Below are positions 54,757 to 63,794 of a DNA stretch of 64,000 nucleotides, in pieces. Source of the DNA: a virus. The stretch lies in IMG/VR virus record IMGVR_UViG_3300031236_000004, positions 11,606-75,605 of that record, one strand, 5' to 3'. Position numbers and translations under genes: made by a program. The notes beneath the pieces are model-generated. The model saw nothing but the letters and a program-made list of their open reading frames with translations, was not told the DNA's origin and ran no database searches. Every line of letters starts with the position of its first letter. Position 1 is the first letter of the stretch.

Positions 54757-57700
54757 TCAGATCACGATGTCGTCGTCCCCCTGGATCTTGTCCGGGTCGA
54801 TCTCCTTCGCCTCGTCGGCCGCGCTCGCGGGGTCGGCCGGCTTGGTCATCGCGCGATCGCGCCGCGCGCGGACCTCGTCCAGCATGTGACGGACGGAGAA
54901 CACGGAGATCACGTCGAGGCGCTGGCACGGGCCCATGACGTCGACCAGGCGGTCGAGCACCTGCGCGCCCTTCACCTCCTCGACGGGGACGTGGTGGGGC
55001 GAGCGCTGGGCGATGTCCTTGAGCCATGACGGCGAGTTCCGCTTCAGCTCGGACATCGAGAGGACGCCGCGCCCGCTGGTGGCCTCGATCCAGTTGACCA
55101 CGAGCCACTCCATCTTCGTGTCGAGGTAGACGCCGACCATGGTCTTGTTGATGTCGTCGAGCTTGTTCAGCTCGCCGAGCATCTTCCTGACCGACATCGT
55201 GTCGGTCATCGCCTCCTTGTCCTTGACGTTGGTGATCTGGAACTGCGAGCTGATGACGGCCTCGAACACCTGCTCGTCCTGCGACGTCGTCTTGAGCTGC
55301 GCGAGCTGCTCGCGGCGGGACTCGGCGAAGTCGTAGGCGAACTTGCGGTAGTCCGGCGCCAGGTCTGGACGGCCGGACGCGTTGGCGAGGTTCCCGAGCA
55401 GGCGCAGCATGCACAGGACGGGCACGAGCGCCTCGCGGAAGCGGGACGTGGCGTGGGCTGGCAGCATCGCGCCGGAGGCGTACTCCTTCTCGATGGCGCC
55501 CTGCAGCTGGCGGAGGGTCAGCATGTGCGGCAGGACGCCGACGAACATGTCGTGGCGCGTCCTGGCGATGCCGACCTCCCCGTCTTCTCCGAACTTCTCC
55601 AGGAGCACGTTCTCGGGCGAGGGCCGCGCGTCGTCCTTGACCAGCTCGAACCGGATGAAGCGGGACAGCGACGCGGCGTCGCGCAGCGGGCGGATGGAGC
55701 ACGCGGCCAGCGGGAACCGCAGGCGGTAGGTCCGTGCCTCGCCCGTCGCCGTCCCGATGGACCAGTGCACGGCGTTCTCGGAGATGAGATCGCGCGTCAG
55801 CTCGAGCACCTTGCGCACCGCGATCGACTTGGCGTCGTTGCCGCCGTAGTCCTCGAACTCCTCGAGGCAGAGGCACAGGCTCGTGTCGCTGTGGTTCTGC
55901 CTGATCGACGCGGCGGTGTAGCCCTGCATGGCGACGGCGTGCGCGACGACGTTGATGCTGCGGAAACTGGTGCCTCCGATGAAGCCCGCCGTCAGCTTGC
56001 TCTTGCCGGCCTGGTGCTCGGCGTTGATGATGATCGCGGTCTGCCGCGTGAACAGCGTCATCACGCCCAGGCACATCACGTACGCGGCCAGGAATGTGCA
56101 GTCGAGGTCCTGGTGGCGGAACGCCCACCCGGTCTGGAGCATGTCGCGCACGCGCCAGAACAGCGCCACGAGGTCGACCTCCGCGCCGGCGTCGGCGACG
56201 AGGTCCTCCGCCTTGGTGACCGACTCGATCCACATCCGGCCGCTGTTGTTGAAGATGAACTCCTCGTGGCGCGGGCCCTCCAGGGCGGACGCCTCGAAGT
56301 TGGCCCCGTCGTGCTTGAGCACGTACACGTCGCGGCCGTTGATCATGTACGACAGCATCTGGGTGTCGGAGACGCGTGCCATGTGGACGCCCTGGCTGCG
56401 GGTCTGCGCGTGGTCCATGGAGGGAAGCCCCTTGGCGACCCTGAGGAGGGCCGAGTTGAGATACTCGCGGTACTTCTTCGACTTGAGCGAGACGTTGAAC
56501 GGCGGCGGCTCGTCCGGATCGTCACCCACGATGAACGGCGGGTCGCCGACGGTGGCCGCGATGAAGTCGTAGATCGGGCCGAACTTCGCCGACACGAAGG
56601 TCTCGGCGTTGCGCTCGTCGTTGAGGACGACGGACGTCATCGCGCGCGAGGTCTTGTCCCACATCAGCAGGATCTTCTTGCGCCCCTCCGCGTTCTGGAT
56701 GCCCAGCGGGTGGTAGTGCACCAGGAGCGCGACGTGGACGCGCTTGATGAACTCCTCCTCGTTGTCCTCCTTGACGAAGATGTCTCGACGCAGGACGACG
56801 GGGTCCAGGCCATAGTTGCTCGCAATCGCGTTGCAGAACGCGACGCAGACCTGCTCCTCGCGGATGAGCGCGCCCCACTCCTTGGCGACGCGGCTGACGG
56901 CGGCCATGTCCTTGTTGTTCCCGCCGTCGATGACGGCGGCGGCCTGGTCGTAGCACCACTCGTTGATCGCGACGTAGGAGCCGGCGTCGTCGCGGCAGTA
57001 CCGCACCCAGCGCGGGTAGCCCAGCTCGCGGATGGCGTCGTCGACGTCCTTGATGGACGCGTCCGGGCGGGTCGGGTCGCGCCAGTCGGCGTACTCGCCC
57101 GGCCAGTCGAAGATCCGGTACCCGAAGTCCTTCTTGGCAGTCTCCTCGAGGACCTGCTTGACGAACTTCACGCCGCCGTCGTCGCGGTCCTGCAGGAACC
57201 GGACGCGCAGGACGCCGAGGTCGTAGAGCTTGTCGACGCCCTGGGCCCCGCCGCCGCTGAGCCCGAGCGCGATGTAGTCGTCGCTCGCGCGGCGGATCTG
57301 CTGCGCGATGCCGGCCAGCGCGTCGAACTCGCCCTCGCTGACGTAGCCGAGGTGGCCCTTGTCGGGACCGTCCGCACCGTGGGCGGGGTCCGTGAGGTAG
57401 CTGGCGTAGTAGCGCAGCCCGTAGAACCCGCGGAACGAGCCCATCTGGGCCTCGTAGGCGTCGGGGATCCACCGCTGGACGACGCACGGCTTGGCGGGCT
57501 CCCTGAGCTTGAACCTGGCGATGGACGTCGGCGTGTCGTCGTACGGGAAGACGAGGTGGCCGTGGTACGTCTGGCCGCCGATGCACTCGCCGAAGTAGCT
57601 CTCGAAGAACCTCGCCTCCTCTGAGGTGTCGCCGAACTTGTCGCGCACGTACCCGGTGGGCGGGAAGACGCCGAGGAGCTGGTGGCTGCAGATCAGCGAC

Positions 57701-58299
57701 ACCCAGACGCCGTACTGGTCAAACTCGCCCGTGGACTCCTGCCCGGCGGGCGCCAGCTGGCGGAGCCCGTTCTCGCCGAGGCGGCGCGCCAGCAGGTACT
57801 CCACGGCGGCGCCGGCCCAGCCCAGCCCGTCGGCCTCGAGCTGGCCGCGCGAGTACGACGCCATGCACTGGAAGAGCAGCTCCGCGAAGTACTTCATCAG
57901 CGTGGTCTTGTTGCGCTGGTAGACCTCGTGCGCGCGGATCGTCTCGAACATCTCCTTGGGGATGGCGGCCGAGAGTCCCCACCGCTTCTTCGCGAAGAGG
58001 AGCGCGTCCGCGATGCTCGTATTGTTGACCTCCGAGATGAAGTGGATGGGGCTCCAGAAGGCCCTGCGGCAGCCGAAGCACGACGCCCGCATCTTGTGCG
58101 GTGAGAGGTGGAACGACGCGGTCGAGTCCTCGTGGAACGGGCAGCGGCCCTTGACGTGGTTGCCGCTGACCCTCCACATCCCGTCGGGGCGGACCTCCGC
58201 CAGCCACGAGGCCCACGCCGACAGGTCGACGTCGGTCCAGATGCGGTTGAGGCGCTTGAAGGTGACCTTGCCGTCCTGGGGCTTCTTAGACTTCGCCAT
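54757..58299 (-). CDS. DNA primase (CHC2 Zn finger + TOPRIM) fused to P-loop ATPase
   Basis: CPFHEDSTASF...CFGC; SEGEFDA...DRDDGG; AEHQAGKS and LEEFED. Confidence 0.8.
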   Translation of the reverse strand: MAKSKKPQDGKVTFKRLNRIWTDVDLSAWASWLAEVRPDGMWRVSGNHVKGRCPFHEDSTASFHLSPHKMRASCFGCRRAFWSPIHFISEVNNTSIADALLFAKKRWGLSAAIPKEMFETIRAHEVYQRNKTTLMKYFAELLFQCMASYSRGQLEADGLGWAGAAVEYLLARRLGENGLRQLAPAGQESTGEFDQYGVWVSLICSHQLLGVFPPTGYVRDKFGDTSEEARFFESYFGECIGGQTYHGHLVFPYDDTPTSIARFKLREPAKPCVVQRWIPDAYEAQMGSFRGFYGLRYYASYLTDPAHGADGPDKGHLGYVSEGEFDALAGIAQQIRRASDDYIALGLSGGGAQGVDKLYDLGVLRVRFLQDRDDGGVKFVKQVLEETAKKDFGYRIFDWPGEYADWRDPTRPDASIKDVDDAIRELGYPRWVRYCRDDAGSYVAINEWCYDQAAAVIDGGNNKDMAAVSRVAKEWGALIREEQVCVAFCNAIASNYGLDPVVLRRDIFVKEDNEEEFIKRVHVALLVHYHPLGIQNAEGRKKILLMWDKTSRAMTSVVLNDERNAETFVSAKFGPIYDFIAATVGDPPFIVGDDPDEPPPFNVSLKSKKYREYLNSALLRVAKGLPSMDHAQTRSQGVHMARVSDTQMLSYMINGRDVYVLKHDGANFEASALEGPRHEEFIFNNSGRMWIESVTKAEDLVADAGAEVDLVALFWRVRDMLQTGWAFRHQDLDCTFLAAYVMCLGVMTLFTRQTAIIINAEHQAGKSKLTAGFIGGTSFRSINVVAHAVAMQGYTAASIRQNHSDTSLCLCLEEFEDYGGNDAKSIAVRKVLELTRDLISENAVHWSIGTATGEARTYRLRFPLAACSIRPLRDAASLSRFIRFELVKDDARPSPENVLLEKFGEDGEVGIARTRHDMFVGVLPHMLTLRQLQGAIEKEYASGAMLPAHATSRFREALVPVLCMLRLLGNLANASGRPDLAPDYRKFAYDFAESRREQLAQLKTTSQDEQVFEAVISSQFQITNVKDKEAMTDTMSVRKMLGELNKLDDINKTMVGVYLDTKMEWLVVNWIEATSGRGVLSMSELKRNSPSWLKDIAQRSPHHVPVEEVKGAQVLDRLVDVMGPCQRLDVISVFSVRHMLDEVRARRDRAMTKPADPASAADEAKEIDPDKIQGDDDIVI

Positions 58300-59107
58300 C
58301 GCTCACCATCCGCTTGTAGGCGTCGCACGACGCCTGGTAGCCGCACCACGCGCAGGGCCAGCGGGGTGCCGGCCTCGCCTGGAGGGGCTCGACGAGGTTC
58401 TCGGCCGCATCGCAGATGCGCCCGAACAACCAGGGGACGTGCGTCTTCCGCAGCAGCGCCGCGGGGACGTAGGTCCCGAACTGGATCCGCAGGTCCTCGT
58501 CTCCCTGCATGAAGTGGATGCCTCCGCGCACGCCCGCGATGTCGGGCACGTTCGGCAGGGCGAGCACGGCGTAGGCCTGGAGCTGCTGGCGCTTCTTCTG
58601 ATCGCGGGCGAGCGGCTTGGCGCGGCCCGACTTGTGGTCGATGAGGTAGAGGTCGTTGTCGCGGGTGATCGCGCCGAGGTCGAGCTTGCCGCGGAAGTAG
58701 ACGTCCGCGCCGAAGAAGTCCGCCTTCTGGTACGCGTCGGTGAAGCCCCACGCCTCCTCGCAGAGGATCTTGGTGACGCCCTCGCGCTTGCAGAACGCGT
58801 CGAAGCGACGGAGGAAGTCGTCCATGCTCTCGTCGAGCAGCTGGAGCATCTCCCGCTCCTGCGTCGTCAGCGGGGACGCGTCGGAGGCGGCCTTCTTCGC
58901 GTCGGCCTCGGGCAGGCCCTGGACGCGGCGCTCGAGGATCGCGTGGGCGACGATGCCGACCTTGGTGTCGGAGGTCGCCGGCGCCGAAGCCGTCTTGCGG
59001 ACGTGCTTGTGCGCGAACTGGGCCGGGCACGACTCGGCCGTCTCGAGCTTGGAGAAGCTCCAGGGCGCGTACTTGCGGGCGAGTTCCGAGATCGGGTAGG
59101 CGGGCAT
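58286..59107 (-). CDS. PD-(D/E)XK (RecB/Cas4-like) exonuclease
   Basis: SFSKLETAESCP, GKLDL, IDHKSG, QLQAY, CAWCGYQASC; RBS GAGGAG. Confidence 0.88.
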   Translation of the reverse strand: MPAYPISELARKYAPWSFSKLETAESCPAQFAHKHVRKTASAPATSDTKVGIVAHAILERRVQGLPEADAKKAASDASPLTTQEREMLQLLDESMDDFLRRFDAFCKREGVTKILCEEAWGFTDAYQKADFFGADVYFRGKLDLGAITRDNDLYLIDHKSGRAKPLARDQKKRQQLQAYAVLALPNVPDIAGVRGGIHFMQGDEDLRIQFGTYVPAALLRKTHVPWLFGRICDAAENLVEPLQARPAPRWPCAWCGYQASCDAYKRMVSDGEV

Positions 59108-59124
59108 CGGCTCCTCGTCGCGTG

Positions 59125-59151
59125 AAAAAAGAAGTGCCAGTCTCTCCTGGC
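59125..59151 (-). terminator. intrinsic terminator 18 nt upstream of nuclease start
   Basis: GCCAG-GAGAGA-CTGGC followed by ACTTCTTTTTT. Confidence 0.6.
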
Positions 59152-59261
59152 TGTCACGACTGTTCCGGGCGGCGACCAATTGCCTTGTTCCGTGACGGGC
59201 GCTACCCGCCATCAACTATCCCGAGGCTCGTCGTTTCCTTGGTCTCGTCGGGCCCCGGGCC

Positions 59262-60305
59262 CTACATCGGCTTGTGCGTCGACCTCGCGTTCTTGTTGCC
59301 GGTCGCGATCGGCGTCACCGGCGTCGTCAGGTCGGCCTCCTCGCCGCCGCTGCCGTCGCCCGACGCGAGGTTGGCGTCGATCGCGCCGGCGGCGAAGTTC
59401 CCCTCCGCCTCCGCGGCGGCCTGCGGCGCGCGCGCCGGCCTGGTGTAGTGGCCGTGGAGCATCAGCTTGCGCTCCGCGATGTACAGCGCGTAGATCGTCT
59501 CGACCAGCTTGCGCACGTGGTCCGGGTTGTTCCGCCCGGTGGCCTCGACCTTGTAGTGCCACCACTTGCCGGACGCGTTGTTCGACACGTCGGTCGTGAT
59601 CCGGTAGCTCTGCGCCCACACCTGCTTCTGCGCGCCTGCGAGCTGCATCATCGCGCGGCCCGCCTTGTGGGACGTCTTGCCGAACTGCACCGCGTAGACC
59701 TGGGACAGGTCGGTAGGCACCGCGATGCAGACGATGTTGTTGGTGCAGTCCGTCGGCGCCTGGTCACCCTGGCCGCCGTTCTGCTTTCCGAACGGCAGGA
59801 ACGGGCACTTCGCGCACTCGCCCAGCGGGGAACCGAGCTTGGCGTCGGGCGACGAGCAGACCGGCACCTTCTGCCCGTCCTTGAAGTTGATGTTCTCCTC
59901 GTGGAAGTAGGCGGGGATGATCTCGAACGGCTTCGGGAGGAGGATGCCCGCGGTCGTGAAGAGGTCTCCGCCCTTGGCGCTCTCCGGCTTGGCCTCCGTG
60001 CGCGTGGACAACTGCGCGATCATGACGCGCGGCAACTTCCAGGCGACCAGCATCTCCTCGAGGCCGGGCTTGGTCGGCGAGGCGTAGGCCGCGAGATCGC
60101 GCACCGCCTGGCGCGCGTCCTCCGGCATCGACGGGTCATCGACCAGGGCGAACAGCCTGTCGCGGCACGCGAGGATGTTGGCCTGCAGCTCGACGGGGTC
60201 GGCCTGCGCGGCGAGGAGTCCCATGTGGAGCTTGGCGCTCTTGGTGGTCAGGGCCTTGGGTGCGAGGGCCGCGTCGCTCGAATCGTTACCGTTGGATTCC
60301 GTCAT
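59262..60305 (-). CDS. hypothetical, possibly ssDNA-binding/annealing protein
   Basis: CSSPD...CAKC...C; aromatic beta strands (WWHYKV); acidic flexible tail; adjacent to exonuclease and primase. Confidence 0.45.
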   Translation of the reverse strand: MTESNGNDSSDAALAPKALTTKSAKLHMGLLAAQADPVELQANILACRDRLFALVDDPSMPEDARQAVRDLAAYASPTKPGLEEMLVAWKLPRVMIAQLSTRTEAKPESAKGGDLFTTAGILLPKPFEIIPAYFHEENINFKDGQKVPVCSSPDAKLGSPLGECAKCPFLPFGKQNGGQGDQAPTDCTNNIVCIAVPTDLSQVYAVQFGKTSHKAGRAMMQLAGAQKQVWAQSYRITTDVSNNASGKWWHYKVEATGRNNPDHVRKLVETIYALYIAERKLMLHGHYTRPARAPQAAAEAEGNFAAGAIDANLASGDGSGGEEADLTTPVTPIATGNKNARSTHKPM

Positions 60306-60452
60306 GTCACTACCTTTGCGGGTGTGAAGGTTGGAGGGTCAAGCTATCGGGCCCGGTGTTCGTTTGACAAGCTCGACGCCAAAGTTTCGTAGCACTAGGG
60401 GTTGTGGTGTCATTTGGGACACCACTAGACGGTAGTCTAACTACGCGATAGG

Positions 60453-61550
60453 TTGTGTCTACGCATGCACACGAAAGCTCCGCGTACCTCGGCCACGTAC
60501 TACGCCGACATCGCCCGTACGCTGCTGGTCGACGACCCGGCGGAAGAGCGGAAGCTGCTGCGGCGCTGGCAGGCGCGGGGCGACGTGGCCGCCCGCGACG
60601 CCATCGTCAAGACGCACCTCCGCTTCGTCGTGAAGATGGCGCACAAGCGCACCAAGGACCCAGAGGCGGTCAAGGACTACATCGCGGCGGGCAACCTGGG
60701 CCTCCTCAAGGCGGCCGACAAGTTCGACTGCGAGCGCAAGCCGTACATCCGCTTCCTGACCTACGCGGGCTGGTGGGTCTACGAGGAGATGTCCAATCAA
60801 GACTACACCATGGCCTCGCTCGTCCACGTGCCGGCGCACCGGCACAAGACGCAGCGGCGCCAGGCGCGCGAGTTCCGCGCCGCGCTGCAGGAGTACGGGC
60901 CCGACAAGGTCGCCGAGCACGCCGGCGACGCCGTCGAGCGGCTGGTCGAGCTGCGCGCCCAGGCCAAGAAGGCCCAGGGCCCCGCGCTGCGGCGCGTCGA
61001 GAAGCAGATCCGCTTCTACGAGGCGATCCAGGAGCCCGGCCTTCCCGAGGGCGTCGTCACCACGATCGACGCGGTGCGCAACGCGCCCGACCTCCCCGAG
61101 ACCGAGCCCGCCGTCAGCTACGACGCGGAGCGGCTGCGCGGCACGGTGCGCCAGGCCATCGCGCGGCTGCCGCTGCGCGAGCAGACCGTCCTGAACCAGT
61201 GCTTCGGGGTCAAGGACGAGCCGCGCAACCTCGTCCAGATCGCGGCGATGATGGGCGTGTGCTCAGAGCAGGTGCGCCTGCTCAAGATCCGGGGCATGCG
61301 CCTGCTCCACCGCGAACTGGTGCTCGGCGCGGTGTCGAGCCTCCCGCTCCTCGAGCGGACGGTGATCGAGCGGAGCTTCGGGCCCGAGGGCGAGCCGCAG
61401 ACCGCCGAGACCGTGGCCGGCGACATGAAGTTGACCGTCGCGTGCGTGCGGCGCATCCAGCAGGCGAGCATGCGACTCCTGCAGTCGGAGCTGCACTCGC
61501 GCGTAGGGATGTCGATCGAGCCGCTGGCGGCGATGACCGCGGCGACCTAG
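60453..61550 (+). CDS. sigma-70-family factor with tandem duplicated region 4
   Basis: Region 1.2 (EERKL), THLRFVVKMA, GNLGLLKAADKFD, RFLTYAGWWV, and two LP-x3-E/Q...FG...MRLL units. Confidence 0.9.
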   Translation: MCLRMHTKAPRTSATYYADIARTLLVDDPAEERKLLRRWQARGDVAARDAIVKTHLRFVVKMAHKRTKDPEAVKDYIAAGNLGLLKAADKFDCERKPYIRFLTYAGWWVYEEMSNQDYTMASLVHVPAHRHKTQRRQAREFRAALQEYGPDKVAEHAGDAVERLVELRAQAKKAQGPALRRVEKQIRFYEAIQEPGLPEGVVTTIDAVRNAPDLPETEPAVSYDAERLRGTVRQAIARLPLREQTVLNQCFGVKDEPRNLVQIAAMMGVCSEQVRLLKIRGMRLLHRELVLGAVSSLPLLERTVIERSFGPEGEPQTAETVAGDMKLTVACVRRIQQASMRLLQSELHSRVGMSIEPLAAMTAAT

Positions 61551-62014
61551 AACCCGAGGAACTTCAGCTCCTCGTACGTGAGCCTGAACAGCTCGACGTA
61601 CTCCGAGCCGCTCGCCGTGCGCCGGTGGACGTTCTTGATGTTGCGGACGAGCAGCTCCAGCCGCTCGACCTGCGCCTTCTCGCCGCTGATGAAGTCCTGC
61701 TCGGTGAGCAGGAAGTTCACGACGCCCGCTCCGACCGTGACGGTCTGATCCCCTCCCCCGTCGTCCGACCGGACGCTCGAGCTGTACTGCGCGATCGCGG
61801 CGTTCTGCGCCTGCGCGCGCATCTGGTTCATGATGTCGTTGAGCACGGCGTCCGTGATCTTGTGCTCATCGCGCGTCCGGCGGATGCGCTGCTTGCGCTC
61901 CTCGATCTTGAGGTCGATGCGGTGCGCCTTCTCGCGCGCGGCCGTGCGGATCTCCTCCGCGGTCTTCTCGAACGTGATGCTGTTGAACAAGTTGTCGATG
62001 CGCTGAACCTGCAT
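61547..62014 (-). CDS. hypothetical coiled-coil protein
   Basis: Start MQVQRI at 62014; ends ELKFLGF. Confidence 0.7.
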   Translation of the reverse strand: MQVQRIDNLFNSITFEKTAEEIRTAAREKAHRIDLKIEERKQRIRRTRDEHKITDAVLNDIMNQMRAQAQNAAIAQYSSSVRSDDGGGDQTVTVGAGVVNFLLTEQDFISGEKAQVERLELLVRNIKNVHRRTASGSEYVELFRLTYEELKFLGF

Positions 62015-62016
62015 TG

Positions 62017-62517
62017 CTATTTCTTTCTCTTCCTGTTCGTCGCCTCGCGCCTGGCCGCGAACACCGCGTCCTCGCACAGCGACTGGATCTCCTGGAGCAG
62101 CGTCTCCCTGTCGTCGGTCGCGTCGACCACGCGGAAGACCGTGAGCTGGTTGGCCTCGTTGAGCGCGTTCGCGACGGCGGCGCTGCCGAGCAGGTCGACG
62201 TTGAGCGACGCGATCGGGTTCTTGGCGTCGTCCCGCGCGAGGATGCGGACCATCATGAAGTGGACGGGATCCAGCACCCAGCCCGCCGGCTCGACCCGGA
62301 AGAGCCTCGCCATGAGGTTGACGGGGTCGACCGGCGCAATCGCCAAGAGCGCCATGACGACGTCGGGCGTGCAGAGACCGAGCCGCTGGAGCTTCGCGAG
62401 GTTCTTGAGCGCGCCCGGGGAGGGCTGCTCATCCAGCCGGAACTTGACGTCTACCGGCGGTTCGACGTCGAACATCTGGTCGGTGTCGATGCGGGCCAGG
62501 TCGTCGAGCGTTCGCAT
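62017..62517 (-). CDS. hypothetical protein
   Basis: Start MRTLDD at 62517, overlapping upstream stop. Confidence 0.7.
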   Translation of the reverse strand: MRTLDDLARIDTDQMFDVEPPVDVKFRLDEQPSPGALKNLAKLQRLGLCTPDVVMALLAIAPVDPVNLMARLFRVEPAGWVLDPVHFMMVRILARDDAKNPIASLNVDLLGSAAVANALNEANQLTVFRVVDATDDRETLLQEIQSLCEDAVFAARREATNRKRKK

Positions 62518-62675
62518 CAGAAGTCCCGAGCGTGCTTGAGGATGTCGAGGACGGTGTCTCGGATGTACGCGCTCTTCCGCGCGCGGTTGCGATCCCACAG
62601 GACGATCGCCAGCCCGGCGACCTCGAGCAGGATCAGGCCGACGGCGCGGGCTCGCGCCGACGTTATGGCTCGCAT
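62517..62675 (-). CDS. small membrane peptide
   Basis: MRAITSARARAVGLILLEVAGLAIVLWDRN...; below track cutoff. Confidence 0.5.
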   Translation of the reverse strand: MRAITSARARAVGLILLEVAGLAIVLWDRNRARKSAYIRDTVLDILKHARDF

Positions 62676-62678
62676 GCG

Positions 62679-62924
62679 TTACTCCCTCGCGTGCGCCAGG
62701 GCGCGCTCGCGGCTGATGCGGGTGAACTTGAGCTGGTGGAGGGGCGTCCCCATCATGAGGTCGCCGACGAGGCCGACGAACTCCGCCCCGATGGCGTCGT
62801 GCGACCAGCGCGGGTCGTTGGTGGCCGCGAACCACAGCGACCGGATGTCCCGATAGCGCGCGGCGATGTCGACCACGACGCGCGCGGCGACGCCGCTGCG
62901 CCCGCTCGCCTTGCGGCGGGTCAC
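62679..62924 (-). CDS. hypothetical protein
   Basis: GTG 62924 overlaps upstream stop. Confidence 0.55.
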   Translation of the reverse strand: MTRRKASGRSGVAARVVVDIAARYRDIRSLWFAATNDPRWSHDAIGAEFVGLVGDLMMGTPLHQLKFTRISRERALAHARE

Positions 62925-63079
62925 GGGCTTGGTTCTAGCGCCTTGGTTCCGCACCTGGGACATATTGGCACGTTGGCGTCGAGCCTGAGCGGCGACCTGC
63001 ATGACGGGCACGATGGGGTCTTCTCTTCGGCGGCCGTCTTGGCCGTCTTGGGGTCAACGTCGACGCCGTACTTCTCCAT
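62921..63079 (-). CDS. 52-aa Zn-ribbon peptide
   Basis: MEKYGVDVDPKTAKTAAEEKTPSCPSC...CPRCGT; below track cutoff. Confidence 0.65.
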   Translation of the reverse strand: MEKYGVDVDPKTAKTAAEEKTPSCPSCRSPLRLDANVPICPRCGTKALEPSP

Positions 63080-63088
63080 GCGTCGACT

Positions 63089-63457
63089 CTAGCGCAGCGT
63101 GACCTTCTTGTTGGCGCCGACCCGCAGGCCGCGGAGGACCGCGTAGGTCTCGGGGGCGCCCTGCGCGTTCAGGAACTTCTCCGCCTTGGCCGGGGTCTCG
63201 AACTCGTGGACCTCGCCGACGACGATGAAGATCTTCTTGGACTTCGCGAGGCGTTCCGCCTTGGCCGCGGCCTTCTCGGCCTCCGACATGTCGGCGGCCT
63301 TCTTGCGGGGCGGCTGAGGCGGCGCCGCCGGCTTGGCGTCCGCGTGGCCCGCGTGCGACTCGGTGGTCGGCGCCGCGGGACCGCTCATGGCGGCGGCGGC
63401 CGCTGCTGCGCCGAGCGTGGAGGCGAGGGACGGCTTGTGGCCTTGTGCTTGCGTCAT
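63089..63457 (-). CDS. hypothetical protein
   Basis: Ala/Pro/Lys-rich N-terminus, compact C-terminal domain. Confidence 0.7.
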   Translation of the reverse strand: MTQAQGHKPSLASTLGAAAAAAAMSGPAAPTTESHAGHADAKPAAPPQPPRKKAADMSEAEKAAAKAERLAKSKKIFIVVGEVHEFETPAKAEKFLNAQGAPETYAVLRGLRVGANKKVTLR

Positions 63458-63470
63458 AAACATCCTCGTA

Positions 63471-63794
63471 TCACGCACGCGTACGTAACCGCAAGAACTC
63501 GAAGATTGTCTTCGGACCCTTCTTCAGGTTGCACGTCTTGCAGGCGGGCCTAAGATTCGCAGGCCAGTTCGTCCCGTTCCGCGAAAATCGAGCGACGCTC
63601 GTTTTCCGCTTGTCGGGATTGGCCGCCGCCCAGCGTCGAGATAATGCACGTGCACGTTCAGGGTCTGCGGCGCGTCTCACGCGGACCTTGTTTCGCGATT
63701 TTTCTAAGTCCTTCGCATAACGAGCACGTTCCTGCGTGCGAATCCTTTCTTTATTCGCTTCCCTATACGCACGCCACTGTTCCTTACTCCGCAA
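63471..63794 (-). pseudogene. internally deleted HNH endonuclease remnant
   Basis: GTNWPANLRPACKTCNLKKG is present but the preceding CxxC and DH motifs are missing; low GC. Confidence 0.65.

Noticed and set aside
58286-59107. Cas4-like gene as part of a CRISPR system
   Set aside because: No repeats, spacers or other cas genes; the replication context fits a phage exonuclease.
59200-59245. Hammerhead-like GAAAC...TGATG on the minus strand
   Set aside because: No CUGANGA core and no room for stems I and III.
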